DNA of 64,000 nucleotides from an uncultured Vitreoscilla sp. (GTDB lineage Bacteria; Pseudomonadota; Gammaproteobacteria; Burkholderiales; Burkholderiaceae_C): NCBI GenBank assembly GCA_964418745.1, contig CAYQMX010000015.1, positions 3,137 to 67,136 of the forward strand, read 5' to 3'. Shown piece by piece: positions 63,501 to 64,000 of this stretch (position 1 is its first letter; each line of letters starts with the position of its first letter). The notes under the pieces were generated by a model. It saw only the letters and a program-made list of their open reading frames with translations, ran no database searches and was not told where the DNA came from. The position numbers and the translations under genes were made by a program.

Positions 63501-64000
63501 AGCTTCTCGACGGTCGCCCAGTTGCGCGCCGTGCCGCGTTCCCTGAGCACCTTGCCCACCGCCTTGGCGACGCGGCTCTCGATGACGCCGTTGGCGCACC
63601 ACAGCCACGCGGCGTGCGCGCCGACCGCGAAGGCTTCCGGTGCCCAGTCGCCGTGCGCGAGCGGCGCCAGCTCGGCGAGCGCCGTGGCGTCCTGCGTGAA
63701 CATCACCAGGAGGCGGGCGTCGTCGTCCGCATGGCGGCGCAGCGGGTGCTCGGCGATCGCCGCGGCGAGGTCGGCGGCGGTCTTGACGACCACCTCGCAG
63801 TCGACACCCGTCTGCGCGAGGATCGCCGCACGCAGCCGCGCCGCATGGCTCGCGGCCGTGCCGCCGCGGGCGTCGAAGACGGCGTTGCCGCTGTTGAGCA
63901 GCGTGCGCACGCCGGTGAACCCCAGCGCGGCCATCAGCGCGCGCAGGTCGGCCATGGCCACGCGCTTGGCCTTGCCCACGTTGATGCCGCGCAGCAGGGC
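63473..64000 (-). CDS. DUF1697 domain protein (N-terminus runs off the window end)
   Basis: ALLRGINVGKAKRVAMADLRALMAALGFTGVRTLLNSGNAVF matches the DUF1697 N-terminal signature. The frame is still open at nt 64000. Confidence 0.75.
   Translation of the reverse strand, partial: ALLRGINVGKAKRVAMADLRALMAALGFTGVRTLLNSGNAVFDARGGTAASHAARLRAAILAQTGVDCEVVVKTAADLAAAIAEHPLRRHADDDARLLVMFTQDATALAELAPLAHGDWAPEAFAVGAHAAWLWCANGVIESRVAKAVGKVLRERGTARNWATVEKLQALARSDA

Overview
High-G+C bacterial chromosomal window. Codon third positions are almost saturated with G/C. The protein signatures look betaproteobacterial (Burkholderiales-like), but that is inference only. I can support about 52 protein-coding genes, 3 intrinsic terminators, one gene remnant and one internal tandem duplication. 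I saw no rRNA, tRNA, CRISPR array, integrase or transposase.

Layout:
- 1-19.3 kb: housekeeping/accessory mix. It holds the 3' part of a TonB-dependent receptor, an S53 sedolisin, Blc lipocalin, a GGDEF-EAL protein, plsY, RidA, yciO, EamA, a yciV-type PHP protein, SAM decarboxylase, an MFS transporter, a nitronate-monooxygenase-like protein, a transglutaminase-TPR lipoprotein and an OmpA-like protein.
- 19.7-26.0 kb: minus-strand gene string of SPFH/SHOCT, twin-zinc-ribbon DUF4178, DUF350, a membrane-anchored spermidine-synthase-like protein and a Tat-lipoprotein FAD amine-oxidase-like protein. This is a poorly understood polyamine/envelope module.
- 26.7-28.5 kb: visibly lower-GC scar with a PLP-enzyme remnant and an AraC/GyrI regulator.
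- 28.5-35.0 kb: a complete class II lanthipeptide cluster (lanM, a 71-aa lanA, a truncated HlyD-like protein, the C39-ABC exporter lanT, and a LuxR-type HTH regulator). This is the strongest candidate for a new product.
- 35.3-53.1 kb: a multi-PAS hybrid kinase, then a translationally coupled 11-gene chemosensory/phosphorelay super-operon (RR, REC-HK-REC-Hpt, mini-MCP, cheY, STAS, cheA, PAS-MCP, cheW, cheR, cheD, cheB), then an HTH regulator whose receiver has Glu at the phospho-acceptor position.
- 53.2-64 kb: dadA, an M16 peptidase, DUF1653, an RND efflux pair, a GNAT and a DUF1697 gene cut by the window end.

Most long ORFs in the supplied track that lie antisense or out of frame to these genes are GC-driven shadow ORFs.
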